Source: the human T2T-CHM13v2.0 reference genome, Homo sapiens | DNA length: 64,000 bases | Direction: 5' to 3' (one strand) | Assembly: GCF_009914755.1 (NCBI RefSeq) | Contig: NC_060928.1 | Shown here: positions 16,015-31,478 of the stretch, piece after piece | How positions within the stretch are numbered: position 1 is the stretch's first letter | How the letters are laid out: each line of letters starts with the position of its first letter | Position numbers and translations under genes: made by a program | Notes under the pieces: generated by a model | The model's database searches: none | Told to the model about the DNA's origin: nothing | What the model saw: the letters and a program-made list of their open reading frames with translations, nothing else

Positions 16015-18209
16015 CCACATCTTGATTTAAAATACTTAGTGTTCTTCTGATTGCACTTTTATATTGGCCATGCATATTGCTTTTTCAGACCACACTCTTG
16101 GCCCTACCAGAAAAGTTATATGGAGCAAAAGTTTTAAACCATTTGTCTTCTTGGTGTTGGAAAAGAAAATAATTTTGGGGAAAAGAATAAGTAAAACTAA
16201 ATTTGTGCTAAGTGCTTGAAGTTGTTTTCTTTGGTTTGTCTCCTTTCGCCTGAAGAAAGCCTACTGAAAGAATTGTGTCTTATGTCAACATAAATCTTAA
16301 AGGAGGAAGAGTATGTGACTATGACTCTTATGCCTCCAGAGATAATAAGCAGATTTGGATATTGATTCTGGATTTAGTTTTGCTTTCTCTAGTAAAATTC
16401 CTGTGTCAGCCGGTAAAATCACTCTTACATTTTAATTCTACATATCCAGGAAAGAATTAACCTATAATCAAATGAATTCTGAGTTAAATCATACTTCAAG
16501 TAATATTCAATTGGAGTTTTTGGGGAGTCCTTTTTGCTTTATATCAGAATCAATTTGAAAGTTATCACATCTAATGGTAAACTTTCAAGTGATAATGTTT
16601 GCATAAAGACATTCAGAAAATACGTATTTTCACATATTCTCCACAATTTTAGAATTAAATAGAACCTGAAGAGCCACTCAAATAAACTTTTGCCTTGAAG
16701 AAAATGAAATGAAAGCCTAGAAATATGAAGCCAAGGGTTAAAGATTACAGCAAGTGGCAAAGCTAGGGTAGATCCAATTTTCTCGCTTCCAGTTAAGAAT
16801 TTTTTGCCTCTATTGCTTTGTATTTAAAATATAAGAAGGGTTATGTAAATAACTCCAACTAACATTATGCATCCAAGAGAGATCATAATGGAATTGATGC
16901 TGTTCTTTAAGGGATAGTAACAGTAATATTCTGCCACAGAACCAACAGCTGCTTTATTACAAATGACTTGTAAAGAAAGATGAGTTAATATATTAAATTG
17001 ATTGTTTCTGACTATTTGATTAATTGACATGGCCTTACTTAGCAGTTAATCTAAGATTATCAAATTACTGTGACAAAGACAGAAGAAGGGAGGTTAGAGA
17101 CTAAATTAAAACTCTAGTTGATATAGTGTTTGATTTACAGAGTATTTGCATTTGCTGTAGTACCAAGAAATAAGATGTTATCGCTAAATACTATTGTATT
17201 GGATGAATATGACATTATTGGCCATATTGCCTACAGAAACTAGATTGCTATCAGTATTTTGATTGATTATATACAATAATTGAAAAGCAGAATTTTATTT
17301 AGTTGCAAATGCATTTTACAACTACTTTTGAAAATTGTATATCCATTGGAAGAAATTATTATTATGGAACATGAAGAGCAGGAAAATGGGGAAGAGGGCT
17401 AAATAGTTATTGTAAGAGCTTTTCCTATAATGTTTAATTTCCCATATTATTTCCTCTGCCTGGCTTATCTCTTTGTGTCTTAATGAAACTATACTTTTCA
17501 GACTGACTTAACCATCTTTATCATTTTCTGTTTTTAATGTATTGCCACCTCCTCCTTGGTATAAAGTCAGAGACATTTTCTCATTTTTTTCTTCTGCCTT
17601 TTTTTCTTAATGAAACATTTTCCTAAACTATGAGCTAGAATGTCTTTTAAACTTTACTTAGGTGGAAGTACATTTTTCTTTACTTTTCTAGTGACCCTTA
17701 ATATCATTACTTCCAGATATAAAGAATGAAAGCATACATAAGACATATAGTGAAGTCAGGGAACAAATGTCTTCATAAAAGGTGGAAAACTAACATTTTA
17801 GAGGAAATATGTAGGTTGAGTAAACAAAACATAGGTTGTCATTGCAAATTAATTTTTCATAGTAGCCTAACCCAAAACAAGGAGATCTGTCTTGTACCTC
17901 ATAAGATGTTAGAAATAGTCTGGAGATATATCACAGCAAAGAAGATGGTGACCAAAGAGAAGTGACTTCTTCAGTGTCACAATAGAACTCTCACAAAATA
18001 ACAAAAAATAAAATGTAGGCCTTATATCTCCCAAATCTATGTTTTCCTTCCATTATTCCAGATTTACAGTCTTTTCTTAATAACAAAAAAGACATAAATG
18101 ATCTCCTGCTTTGATCTGCTTCTTGATTTTTGAAATTCTATTTAAATTTATACTTTTTAGCTGTTGCAATGCATAATGGTAGCATATTTTTGTCACTATG
18201 GTTAAATTA

Positions 18210-18557
<348 letters not shown>

Positions 18558-18904
18558 TTAACATATCTGATTAATTTACTTAGCATTTTAATCTGATTGT
18601 TCTATCATACCTTCTAAAGTTCTATGTTCTGTATTACACAGAAACTCAAGTTCTATGTAACATATAATAATCTTAAAAAACAAACTAAAAAATAATTTGG
18701 TTTCCAAAGAATGACTTAAAATAAATATATTAGAGAAACATTTCCATCAAGGAAAACATTCCCTGATTTATGCAGCAAATACAAGCTTTAAATCTAATTG
18801 AAAATTGGGAAGTTGGCAATATACAGTAAAAAATAAAATTGTAGCTAACAGATCAAAACTTTCATCCTATTGTCCATCTAGATATTTCCTTTTCCTGCAT
18901 TTTC

Positions 18905-19222
<318 letters not shown>

Positions 19223-21810
19223 TGACACTTCTGAAATCCTGTCATATTGGCCATGGCATAATTTTTCAATTAGCAGTACTATAATGAACTAATGAGACTT
19301 AGTCCAAGTCTGGGGTTTTACTTCCACTATGCCTAATGAGAAGAGCAATTTTATGCTAAATGCTTGAAACTACACAGAGGGGAAAAGGGCTCTTTCTGTA
19401 AGTAAAAGTGATCATGATGTGCATGCATATTTTTGTAAGGTCAATGTACTGTGAAGTTGAGTCTATGCATTCAAAGATTAAATTCTTGAGACGAGTTAAC
19501 CTTTCTCTTTTATACATGGTAGTATTCAAATAAAATATCCAAAATCAATGAGGTTCAGTGTTCATGAGTCCAAATCCATTTAGAAACTTCTGATTTTTTT
19601 TCTCCAATTCCCATTTTTAAAATACTTCTGACTGCTGCCTCATAGGTCCTTCTGCTAGAATCTGCTTCTCTTATTACTATAAAGCAAATACTTAGCCATT
19701 TGACATCCCCTGAACATAGAAATAAATATCGATACCAGATCAGTTTCTTTTCTCACCGCTTCTGTAGAGATGAACTAAGATGTATCTAGGGTAGAGAAAG
19801 CGAATATTCAAAGAGAAGAGTATGACTTGACTATTTAGGGACCAGCAATCAAATTGGTTATCCTCCTTCTATAATTTCAGAATATCAGTAAGGGTGAGGT
19901 GGAGGCTAGGAAGAATGAAAGCTAAAATTTACTGAGTGTTTGCTATGGACTCCACAAGATTTACATACATCGGTCTTATAAATACACAATCAATCAGTTA
20001 CTATTATTTTATCCCTACTTTATGCATCAGATATATAAGGCTTTGACAGATTAATTTGTCTGAAGACACAAAGCAGTAGTAGAAAACTTGGGTTTCAATG
20101 CTGCACAATTTGACTCAAGAAAGCACATGTTTAACCATAGATTTGTGGTCAGGTCAATGTTCATCTACTCTCATAATGGTTGTATTTTGTTTTTAAATGA
20201 GCCCAATTCTTCCATGTGAAGGACTGTCTTCCTAAATGTATTTATATGTGGCACTCAACCACCCTTCCAAGCTTTAGTAACCCTGTTTGGTCAGATACAG
20301 GGGTATAGCTCAACTTATTTTACAGAGGCACATATCATCTAAATACCTTGAAAAGTTGACTTTTCTGTACACAGACTACAACATGGACTTCTAATAATCC
20401 CTATGACACAGAGGACCCTTATTCTAACAACTCAGAAACTTTCAGAGGGTCAGCTAGACACTGGTCTAAACCAAAAAATAAAGTTCTACTCATTTCATGC
20501 CCAGAATGACATCTGTTATTTTAAGCTTGAAAAAAAATTGAATGTAAATTAATAGCAAATAATTTACATTTCTGCTTCCTTGTTTCATCCTTGATTTGCA
20601 CAGTGCAATTATATATTTATTAATGAACGTATGCTTTGAAGAATATGAGCAGTTCACCAAGCTTAAAAGGAGGTTAGAATGTCTAACGTAATTTTTGAAA
20701 GAGAAGAAGACTTTAAAAATTGAGACATACTACATATTTTAAATTAATTAATTTTAAATTAATTTCACCAGAAATTTATGCACTCAAACTTTATTTTTTA
20801 ATTTTGGCATGTATGCTAAAAATACGTTTTCAGTATTTACCACAATAAAATGGTATTTAATTCCAAATACCTTTTCCTCAGAAAATATAATTAGTTTGGA
20901 AGAAATTCAGATGAAAATGCTTCACACGACATCACACTGATGTCAACCATGTATTTAATGGCATAACTAACTCCTGCTCATATTTTAACGTCAAACCATG
21001 AGGCAGTAAATGAACATAAGCCCATACAAATATTTTCATAATAATAAAGATTGTATGTGCTTTCTACTGAAATAGATCTCTATAATATTGTGGTTTTTAT
21101 TTATTATAAGGTATGTGAGTGATTATAACTATTAATTGTAGATACTCTAATATAACATCTTATTGTACAAAATAAAAGAAGATAAAACTGCTGTGAAATT
21201 TTAATGCAAAATTTATTGTTTTGCTGTCATCTAGTGGTAGTAAAGTATATGATACATATGCTATAAAAGTGAATTAAGATCCCTACTTTCTACGCAAATT
21301 GTGGCATTGGCCTTTCATATGGAAGTCTCGAGCTACGCTATAAATACAAAATACCAAATATCAGTAATTTTTCGTATCTGACAGACTTGAATTTATTATT
21401 ATTCTTGAAAATGCATTTGTTAACATATTGATTTTACATTAACAAAGAGCAAAATTTATCATTCTTACATAAAACCAAACAAATATTTTAGACAACAAAA
21501 TATTTAAGAAATAAAGTAGGACACTTTTGAAACAACACATTTTTGTGCATAGTATTATAGCTTCATAATTTTATAGGCCATTCTGTTGGATTGTCAATAA
21601 AAACTAGTAAATGTTATTTAATGCGTTATCCTAGAAATTGTATTTTTTTTATATCTGAAAAAGACATACCCTGGCCTTTTTCATATCTTTAGACAAAAGA
21701 GGCTTGAGGCTTTCACAAGTCACTCAGCTTGAAGAACACATTGGATCCAAAATCCAGATATTTCATAGATTCAAAGCACAAAATTATATTAGGTACTCTA
21801 TCTTCTAATA

Positions 21811-22164
21811 CAGGTGTCCCCAATCCCCGGGCCGTGGACCCATATCTACCTGCCCATGGCCTGTTAGGAACCGGGCCGCACAGCAGGAGGTGGAGGTGAG
21901 CAGTGGGCAGTGGGCGAACAAGTATTATCACCTTAGCTCCGCCTCCTGCCAGATGAGCTGCATTAGTTTCTCATAGGAGCGTGAACCCTATTATGAACTG
22001 TGCATGCAAAGGATCTAGGCTGCACGCTTGTTATGAGAATCTAACTAATGCCTGATGATCTGAAGTGGAAGAATTTCATCTCAAAATCATCTCCCCAACC
22101 TGGCTGTGGAAAAATTGTCTTCCACAAAACTGTTCCCTGGTGCCAAAAAGGTTGGGGACTGCTG
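21811..22164. mobile_element. MER1B (hAT-Charlie) DNA transposon
   Basis: TIRs caggtgtccccaa / ttggggactgctg; exact 8-bp TSD ttctaata; 354 bp. Confidence 0.88.
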
Positions 22165-22299
22165 TTCTAATACACTATGTATTTTGGGGAAATTAACTCT
22201 GAGCTGTATAAAATGGAAATAAAAATCTATTACATATTTTCTATTCAAATTGAAAGACATGTTAGAGGAGGATGTATAGAAAGTGGTAAATTAATGCAA

Positions 22300-23730
22300 C
22301 AATAGAGACATTTCAGATAGTAGAAAAGATTACTTTCAACAAATGCTGCAGGAAAAAAATTAGTTAAGCAGCACAGAAAAAATAAATAAATCCTTACTTC
22401 ACATATTAAGCTTAAACAACTATTGAATAAAAAATTTCAATATAAAACAAAAAACATAAAAGGATAATTTTAAAATGTGAGCATCTATAAGGAGATAGAG
22501 GCAGTACTTAGAGCTGGAGAAATAGACTCTAAACAAAGAACAATTGGAAAGAAATGTTACTAGAAAAGATATGCTGGGTTTAAAAAATTAATATCACATT
22601 TTTAATATGTCCCAAAGACCCATAAACAAATTAGGTGGCAAACACAAGCTAGGAAAAAAAAAGTTTAAAATGCACATTCTAGGCAATAATTAATATGGTT
22701 ACTATATAAAATCCCTAAAAAATAAACGAGGAAAGAAAACTCTTTAGATTCTATAGAAATCTGAACAAAAAAACCCATGAAAAATAAAAAGTCAATACAT
22801 ATATGAGAAATGTCAAAATTTTTTTAGTAACCCAGAGGTACAAAGTATTCCTTTTTCCTTTTTTCCTACAAAATTGACAAAGACATGTCATATTCTACTC
22901 TGGAAGTGGAGTAGAACACCATTTTTGAGATCAGTTGACAGTGTCAGTACCTTTAACCCAGCAATCCCACTGTTATGGGTACATCCTAAGGACAGACTCT
23001 ATAAAGGTCAAAGATGGTTTCCTATGATGGTCAACAAAGCATTACTTGCTATAAGGAATAACCTTTAAGGCGTGTTTAAATTACGGTTATGTTATATGAT
23101 AGAACTCTGTGAAACCATTATAAATTGTTTTCAAATAATATTTAATGACTTTAAAGAATGCTTGCATAGAAGTGCTCGTGACAGGCTGGGCACAGTGGCT
23201 CATGCCCGTAATCCCAGCATTTTGGGAGGCTGAAGCGGGTGGATCACCCAAAGTCAGGAGGTCGAGACTAGCCTTGACAACATGGCAAAGCCCTGTCTCT
23301 ACTAAAAACACAAAAATTAGCCATGCACGGTGGTGTGCACCTGTAGTCTCAACTACTCAGGAGGCTGAGGGGGAGGATCGCTTGAACCCGGGAGGCAGAG
23401 GTTGCAGAGAGCTGAGATTGGGCCACTGCACTCCAGCCTCGGCAACAGAGTAAGACTCCATCTCAAAAAGAAAAAAAATACTCGTGACATAAAGTAAATA
23501 AAAAGAATATAATACTTAAGTACTCAGATGCATATATATTCATTGAAAAAATAGTATTTTACTTTAAAGTATGCATGTATATTCATACATAATACATATA
23601 CACAGGCATTTATAGGAAAATAGAATAAAGGCTAGAAGAAAATACATCAAATTGTTAATGATAGTCATGTCTTTGAGACAAGAATTGAAGTAATTTTTAT
23701 ATTTTTATTCTTATGTTTCTATGTTTTCCA
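22300..23730 (+). mobile_element. Old L1ME-like 3' fragments
   Basis: 'ttcaacaaatgctgc', 'ctttaacccagcaatcccact', and the 3'-end motif 'aaatacatcaaattgttaa...tttccaaattct'. Confidence 0.55.
23184..23479 (+). mobile_element. AluS/J element
   Basis: Full dimer; TSD ctcgtgaca. Confidence 0.93.
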
Positions 23731-24834
23731 AATTCTGAAGACAATTAGGGAGAGATATTGGCAAAGTCAAGGAAAATGTTTAACAAGAATAACTTGTAAC
23801 TTCTAGGTGTTTATTACTTGTAGAGGCAAAACTGAATGAACTGGTTAAAGATAACTGATCCAGAAACTTGACTGGCTTCTAAAGAGCCAATAGATCGATT
23901 ATATAAATCTCTGTTCTGTTCTGAACAGTTTAAATCTTTCATGTTTTTATATTTTTAAGGAAAAGAAAGAAGAATGTGGCTGGTTGTGTTCATGTGAGGC
24001 AAACACCTTTACATCTTGTGATGTAAAATACTGGAAATTTTAATCTATTCCTTTTCACTTGACTACATGCAAAGGACTTGGAGTAGTTAACCAGTGACTA
24101 TTTCTGCTTGGTTCTCCAATTTAAATCCACTTGGGTTTTAGCGTCTTAACGCCTATGTTTCCAGCATTGTATTAACATTGTTTAAGAGCAAAAACAGCAC
24201 ATACAGACTGGCTACATATGAAAAAAAAAAATCAATGGATGGAACAACTCCGAAATCCCCTAAGTACCTTCAGTTCCAAGAATGTCTGGATTTCCTTCCC
24301 ACCAGCAGCATTATTTACTGGATTTATGTTCTTCCTCACCTACCCATGCCAAGCTGATATGAAAGGGCTTGTATGAGTCAGGAAAGAAAAAAAACTGGCT
24401 TGTCTCCATGTCAACAATGACAACAAAAAATATTAATTTGAGAAAATATCCACTTTGCTCCCAGGAAAACATAGCAGAAAATAAAATACGCTGTTATGAA
24501 GTGCTTCATTAACAGGGTGGGAAGGGTGGTCACTTTGATGTAACTACTCTGCCAAAAGATGTCTTCATTTTTTTCTATTCTTGGCCAAGGAGTTCGAATT
24601 TAAGAAAGAGTGAAGGAGCATTTAATAGGTGCAGCAATATCACAGAATATCCCATATCTGCACCCAATTTCCCCTATGCAAACATGCAACAAACTTCCAA
24701 TGGTTTAAGGGTTTTGGTTCAGCAAACTCTTGTTATATGTGAAACAATCAAACATAAGACACTGTACACTGCAGGCTGACAGCACACATTAAGTGCTAAT
24801 TATTGCTATTATTCTTCTAGCTGTACACACATTA

Positions 24835-25050
<216 letters not shown>

Positions 25051-25689
25051 CTAAGAAAAAGGTATCATGACAAAGGAGGAAAATTACAATTTTACTTACA
25101 TGAATTCATGTAGTTTTTATGAGTATTTACTCATGAAAGAAACAACTTACTTAAAATTTAACTTTAGTCCAAAAATGTAAAATAACTGGTCATCTAAAGC
25201 CTTCTAGAAAAATAATCCACGCCAATAAACATTAATTGAGCATGGACAACATGCTGAATGCTTCCCCTAATCTTTTCTCAGTTAAAACTCTATAAGGTAA
25301 AAGCTGTATTTCTAATCCCATTTTACAGAAAAAGACATAGAATTTCACAGAGACTAAACGACTTGTCCAGTAACACAAAATAACATTGCAGGTGCTGGAC
25401 TCTGGTGTGAAGCTTTCTGAGCAGTGATCTGCTCGCCACACACTGATGCTTTTTAACTTATCTTCAGGGACAGTCTCCAGCCATGAAGCCCCTCCAAATA
25501 TGTGGAAGCAGCCAGGAAAAAATATAATTTTAATAGTATAGTCAACTGATAGGAAAAATAAATACATACACTAATTGCTGTGCATAAGGAAATACACTTC
25601 AGTTGTAGCCATTCCAAGACAGTCATTGCCAGTAGAATTGTCTCTGAGTTCCTAGCTAAATGTATTATCTAGTTGGCTTTAGTGTCTCT

Positions 25690-28600
25690 TTATTTTATTT
25701 GTACAAATTTATGGGGTACGTATAAAATTTTGTTACATGCATAGATTGTGTAGTGGTCAAATTAGAGCTTTTAGGGTATCCAAAACCCAAATAACATTCA
25801 TTATATGCATTAACTAATTTATCATCACTCCTCTCCTACCCCCTCAACCTTCCAAGTATCAATTGCCAATGATTCTACTCTCTACTTCCATGTGTACGTA
25901 TTTTTAGCACGTTTATGAGTAAAAACATGTGATATTTGATTTTCTGTGCCTGGTTTGTTTCACTTAAGATAGTGATTTCCATTTCCATCTATATTGTTGT
26001 AAATAACATGATTTTATTCTTTTCATGGCTGAATGGTATTTCATTGTATATATACCACATTTTCTTTATTCATTCATCCATTGGTGGATACTAGGTTAAT
26101 TTCATATCTTTGCTATTGTGAGTAGTGCTTCAATAAACATATGAGTGCAGGTATCTTTTTGATATATTGACTTCTTTTCCTTTGGATATATACCCAGTAG
26201 TGGGATTGCTTGATAAAATAGTCATTCTATTTTTAGTTCTTTGAGAAATCTTCATACTGTTTTCCATAGAGGCTAATAATTTACATTCCCACCAACAGTG
26301 TGTAAGAGTTCCCTTTTCTCTACATCCTCATCAACATCTGTTACTTTTTGTCATTTTAATAAGAGCCATTCTGACTGGGGGAAGATGATATCTCACTGTT
26401 GTTTTAATTTTCATTTCTCTGATGATTAGTGAAGTTGAGCATTGTTTCATATACTTGTTGGCCATTCGTATGTCTTCTTTTGAAAAATGTCTATTCATAT
26501 TCTTGCCCACTTTTTTCTTTTTTAAAAAAATTTTGTATTTCCATAGGTTTTGGGGGAACAGGTGGTATTTGGTTACATGAGTAAGTTCTTTACTGGTGAT
26601 TTATGAGATTTTGGTGTACCCATCACCTGAGAAGTATACACTGAACCCAATTTGTAGTCTTCTATTCCTCACACCCCTCCCATCCTTTCTCTCGAGTCCC
26701 CAAAGCCCATTGTATTATTCTTATGCCCTTGCATTCTCATAGCTTAGCTCCTACTTATAAGAGAGAACATACAATGTTTGGTTTTCCATTCTTGAGTTAC
26801 TTCACTTAGAATAATAGTCTCCAGTTCCATCTAGGTTGCTGCAAATGCCATTAACTCGTTCCTTTTTATGGCTGAATAGTATTCAAAAGTGACTAATACC
26901 CAGAATCCACAAGGAACTCAAACAAATTATCAAGAAAAAAATTCCCATCAAAAAGTGGGGTAAGGACATAAACAGACAATTCTCAAAAGAAGATATATAA
27001 ATGGCCAAGAAACGTGAAAAAATGCTCAACGTCACCAATAATCAGGGAAATGCAAATCAAAACCATGATGCGATACCACCTTACTCCTTGCCCACTTTTC
27101 AATGGGATTGTTTCAGGGTTTTTTGGCTGTTGAGTTTCAGGATTTTTTTTTTTTTTTTGGCTGTTTGTTGGCTGTTTTTATTGCCGATTCAATCTTGAAT
27201 CATTATTGGCTGGGGGCCAAAGCCAGATGGAGCTGGACTAGGCAAGCTTGCACTCAGGCCCGCCAGTCATGAGTGCATGTACCAGCCATGACAGGTGAGG
27301 GCAAAACAGTCCATCAAAAAGTAGGCTAAGGACATAAACACAATTCTCAAAAGAAGATATACAAATGACCAACAAACATATGAAAAAATGCTCAGCATCA
27401 CTAATGATCAGGGAAATGCAAATCAAAACCATGATGCAATACCACCTTACTCCTTGTCCACTTTTTAATGGGATTGTTTCAGGGTTTTTGGCTGTTGAAT
27501 TCAGTTCCTTGTATATCTGGTTTTTAGTCCCCTGTCAAATGAATATTCTCCAAATATTTTCTCCCATTCTACTGGCTGTCTCTTTACTCTGTTGATTATT
27601 TCTTTTGCTGTGCAGAAGTTTTTAATTAAATCCCATTTGTCTATTTTTGTTTTTGTTTCCTATGCTTTTGAGGTCTTAGTCATAAATTCTTTGCCTAGAC
27701 CAGTGTCCAAAAGTTTTCCCTATGTTTTATTCAAGCATTTTTATAGTTTAAGGTTTTATGTTTAAGTCTTTAATCCATCTTGAGTTTATTTTTGTATATG
27801 GTGGGAGATAGAGGTCCAGTTTAATTCTTCTGCAAATGGCAATCCAATTGTCCCAGCACCATTTATTGAAAAGAGTGTCCTTTTTCCAACTTATGTTGTT
27901 GTCAGCTTTGTCAATGACTAGTTAGCTATAAATATGTGACCTTATTTACATGTTTTCTATTATGTTCCATTGATCTATATGTCTATTTTTATAGCAGTAC
28001 CATGCTGTTCTGGTTACTATAGCCTTGTAATATAATTTCAGGTCAGGTAATGAGATGCCTCCAGGTTTGTTCATTTTTCTCAGAATTGCTTTGGCTATTC
28101 AGGCTTTTTTCTCCTTCTGTATGAATTTTAGGATAGTTTTTTTCTAATTCTGTTAAAAAATGCTGCTGGTATTTTGATAGTGATTGCATTGAATCTATAG
28201 ATTGCTTTGGGCCTTATGGTCATTTAAACAATATTAATTCTTTCAATCCATGAGCATGAGATGTTTTTCCATTTGTTTGTGTCATGCACAATATTTTTTC
28301 ATCATTGTTTGTCATTTTCCTTGTAGATATCTTTCACCTCCTTGGCTAATAAATGTATTCCTAAATTTTGCTTGTAATTATTGTAAATGAGATTGCCCTC
28401 TTGATTTCTTTCTCAGCTAGACAGTTATTGCTGTATAGAAATGCTACTGATTTTGTATGTTGATTTTATATATGTATGTATTTTATACATATGTATTTTA
28501 TATATGTATGTTGAATTCATTTATTAACTCTAAGAGGTTTTGGTGAATTCTTTAGGTTTTTCTAGAAATAAGATCATATCATCCAATTACCAATTTGGAT

Positions 28601-30280
28601 GGCTTTTATTTTTCTCTCTTGCCTGATTTCTCTAGATAAGATTTCCACTACTATGTTGAACAGGAATGGTGAGAGTGAGCATTCTTGTCTTGTTTCATTT
28701 TTTCTTAGAAAAAAATGCTTTCAACTTTTCACATTCAGCATGATGTTATCTGTGGATTTGTCCTAAATAGACTTTATTATTTTGAGGTACATTTCTTATA
28801 TTCCTAGTTTGTTGAGGGTTTTTATTATGAAAGGATGTTGAATTTTATCAAATGCTTTTCTGCATCCATTGAGATAATCATATGTTTTTTGTCCTTGGCT
28901 CTGTTTATGTGATTTATCACATTTATTGCTTTACATGTATTAAATCATCCTTTCATCCCTTGTATAAAACCTACTAAATCATGGCATATTATTTTTTGAT
29001 GTGCTGTTGCATTTGGTTTGCTAGTATTTTGTTGAGGATATTTGCATCTATGTTCATCAGAACTATTGGTCTAGTTTTTGTTGTTGTTGTGTCCTTGTCT
29101 GGTTTTGGTATCAGGTGTTACTGGCCTTGTAGAATGACTTAGAGAAAACTCCCTCCATCTGAATTTTTGGGAACAGTTTCAAGAGGATTAGTATTATTTC
29201 TTTTTTGTACATTTGGTAGAATTCGACTGTGAATTCATGTGGTCCAGGCCTTTTCTTTGTTGACAGACTCTTTATTGCTGATTCAATTTTGTCACTTATC
29301 ATTGGTTGAGGGCCAAAGCCAGATGGAGCTGGACTGGGCAAGCTTACACTCAGGACTCCCAGTCACGAGTGCATGCACTGGCCATGACAGGTTGGGGAGA
29401 AACAGTCCTCAGGCCTCTGGTGGAATTCTTGGGTAAAGTGTAGTCACCACTGCACTGAGGTCCTTCCATGGGAAGGGTGGGACCAGTCCCAGTGGCCTTA
29501 GCCTTGGCCAGTGAGTAAGAGACTTGCTTCCTTCTTACAGCCCCCAGTCCAGACAGGTGTCATAGCCAACCCAACTGTTGCCCCTCAGTTCATGCTCATG
29601 GCCCATAGGAGTCTCCACTTAGCTCAACACTAAGCCTTCATGGCAACTCTCATCCTGCTCAAGTAGGAGGAGCAGTACCTGCTTCCTGCACTGGTGGCTG
29701 CAGCCCATGCCACACTAGCTTCTTAGTCTTGGTTGTTAGGGCCAGCCCCTAGTTCACACCCCGGTTCTGCAAACACCAGCCTAAGTTTCCCTAATGCCTA
29801 GGACTGGAATTCTCAGGACTTCACACAGTCTGTTAAGGGCTAAGATCTAGAATGGTGTCTTACTTTAGCTGCTTGGGTTTCAGAAAGAGCATGGAACCCA
29901 AGGCATGCTCCCTCCCTAAAGCAGTTCCTTCTCACAGTTTCCTGGTTGCTTTCTAAGTTAGATCTAGGGTTTGAGAGAGTCAAGGTGCTCTCCCATAACC
30001 TGAATTATGCAATTCCCCAGCAGGAAAGTGGACCACGTATAGACTCTCACTCACCCTCTCCTGTACTGGAGAGTCATTCCTGGTTCTTGGCTGGTCTTGG
30101 CCATGTATGCTGCCTATTTTCCTTCCCCTTCCTAGCTTTTGGTGTTTTCTGTCACTTTCCTGTTGAATTCCAATGTTCTGCCTTGGATAATATATTAGAA
30201 GTGTGATTGTCTACACACCATTTTGCTTCTTCTAAGTGGATAAAACATGCTTGAAATGCTTCAAGTCAGCCATCTTGAAT
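25690..30280 (-). mobile_element. L1MA-type element, internally deleted (3'UTR and ORF2 part joined near 29305 to 5' sequence)
   Basis: 3' end 'tgtacaaatttatggggtac'; antisense ORF2 text; ORF 29111-29341 gives IESAIKSLSTKKRPGPHEFTVEFYQ (L1 ORF2); ends with 'cagccatcttg', the L1 5' terminus. Confidence 0.88.
26515..27086 (-). mobile_element. L1PB1-type 3' end with 5' inversion (twin priming), nested in the older L1
   Basis: 'tttccataggttttgggggaacaggtggtatttggttacatgagtaagttcttt'; orientation flips near 26886; TSD cttgcccactttt at ~26502 and ~27087. Confidence 0.82.
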
Positions 30281-31478
30281 AAAAAAAAGAGTCCCTTTTT
30301 GAAAATGGGCAATTCAACTTTGCCAAGCCATAATACCTCTTTGACATGTTTTTGCTTTTTATTTTTATTCATTTTAAGTTGTTTTTACCTTAAAGAATGG
30401 AAAGAAACATAGAGCTGCCCAGTAACACGTTTTAAGTTTCTTTCATAAAAGCCCTTGGGGTAAACTGAATGTACAGTCCAAGGTTCTGAACTTGGTAACT
30501 CCTTGTGATTTCTTTATGATAAAATATTTACAAAATGGCCTTTAGTACTTTCCTTCGAATGTTAATCTTAATATGAAATCTAAGAATAACATATTCGACC
30601 TCCTTTATGTGAGTAAGCCTGACCAAGAGAATAACTTATTTAGGAAAAGAAAGCCACAGATATAGAGGGGGGAGATATACACTTAATCATTTACTAACTC
30701 AAATGTATGCTCATTAAGAGCAAGAGCCTGGTGTAATAATATTTGAACCTGCCAGAATGTATGGTGATTACCTGCTATTATTGTTCACTTAGCCATATGT
30801 AATATTCCTAATCTATTTTCCAGCAAAATAGGCACATCATCAAAAACACTGGTAGAAACAAATTAGAAATAGGAATCCGAATGGCTTTTTTATTGATAAA
30901 AATCCCCCAATACCTATTTTTTTAATGTAAGCCTTTCCAGAAAAATGAAAGGGACACACAAAGATGACTAAATGGACCAATGTCTAAGTAAGACTATGTC
31001 ATTGCCATACTTGTCTGGCCTCACCATAACTCATGTCAGGTGCTACTAATCAGGCTTGAGTAAACATAACCTTCACTGTTATTAGCTGCAAAGCAACCTC
31101 TGTGAATGAGTGGACTATTTCAGGTAGTAACTTTGACCATCCTCTTCAAAGAGAAACAAAATTTTACAGAAAAAAATTCTCAGGAGCTTGGATTCCATTG
31201 TCCTTATTGTAATGGGGTTATAATACTAAAATTCCTCTACCACTTATTTAAGAAAGTAAAATGTTAAAATTTGTCCCATAAAGGAAAACACATAATTATT
31301 CATAAAATTACCATGCTCACCTTTGATAACTATCTAAATTTAAATTATAGCTTTCTTTATCTTATATCTTTGTATACATCACTGTAATATTAAATGTTGC
31401 ATCTCAATAAAAAAAAGCATAACCAATACCAAAAGAATCACATTATTAGTCCAAAGTATGATCCAAAAAATCTGTAAA

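Noticed and set aside
29111-29341. ORF with L1 ORF2 similarity
   Set aside because: Fragment of a decayed, internally deleted L1; not a gene.
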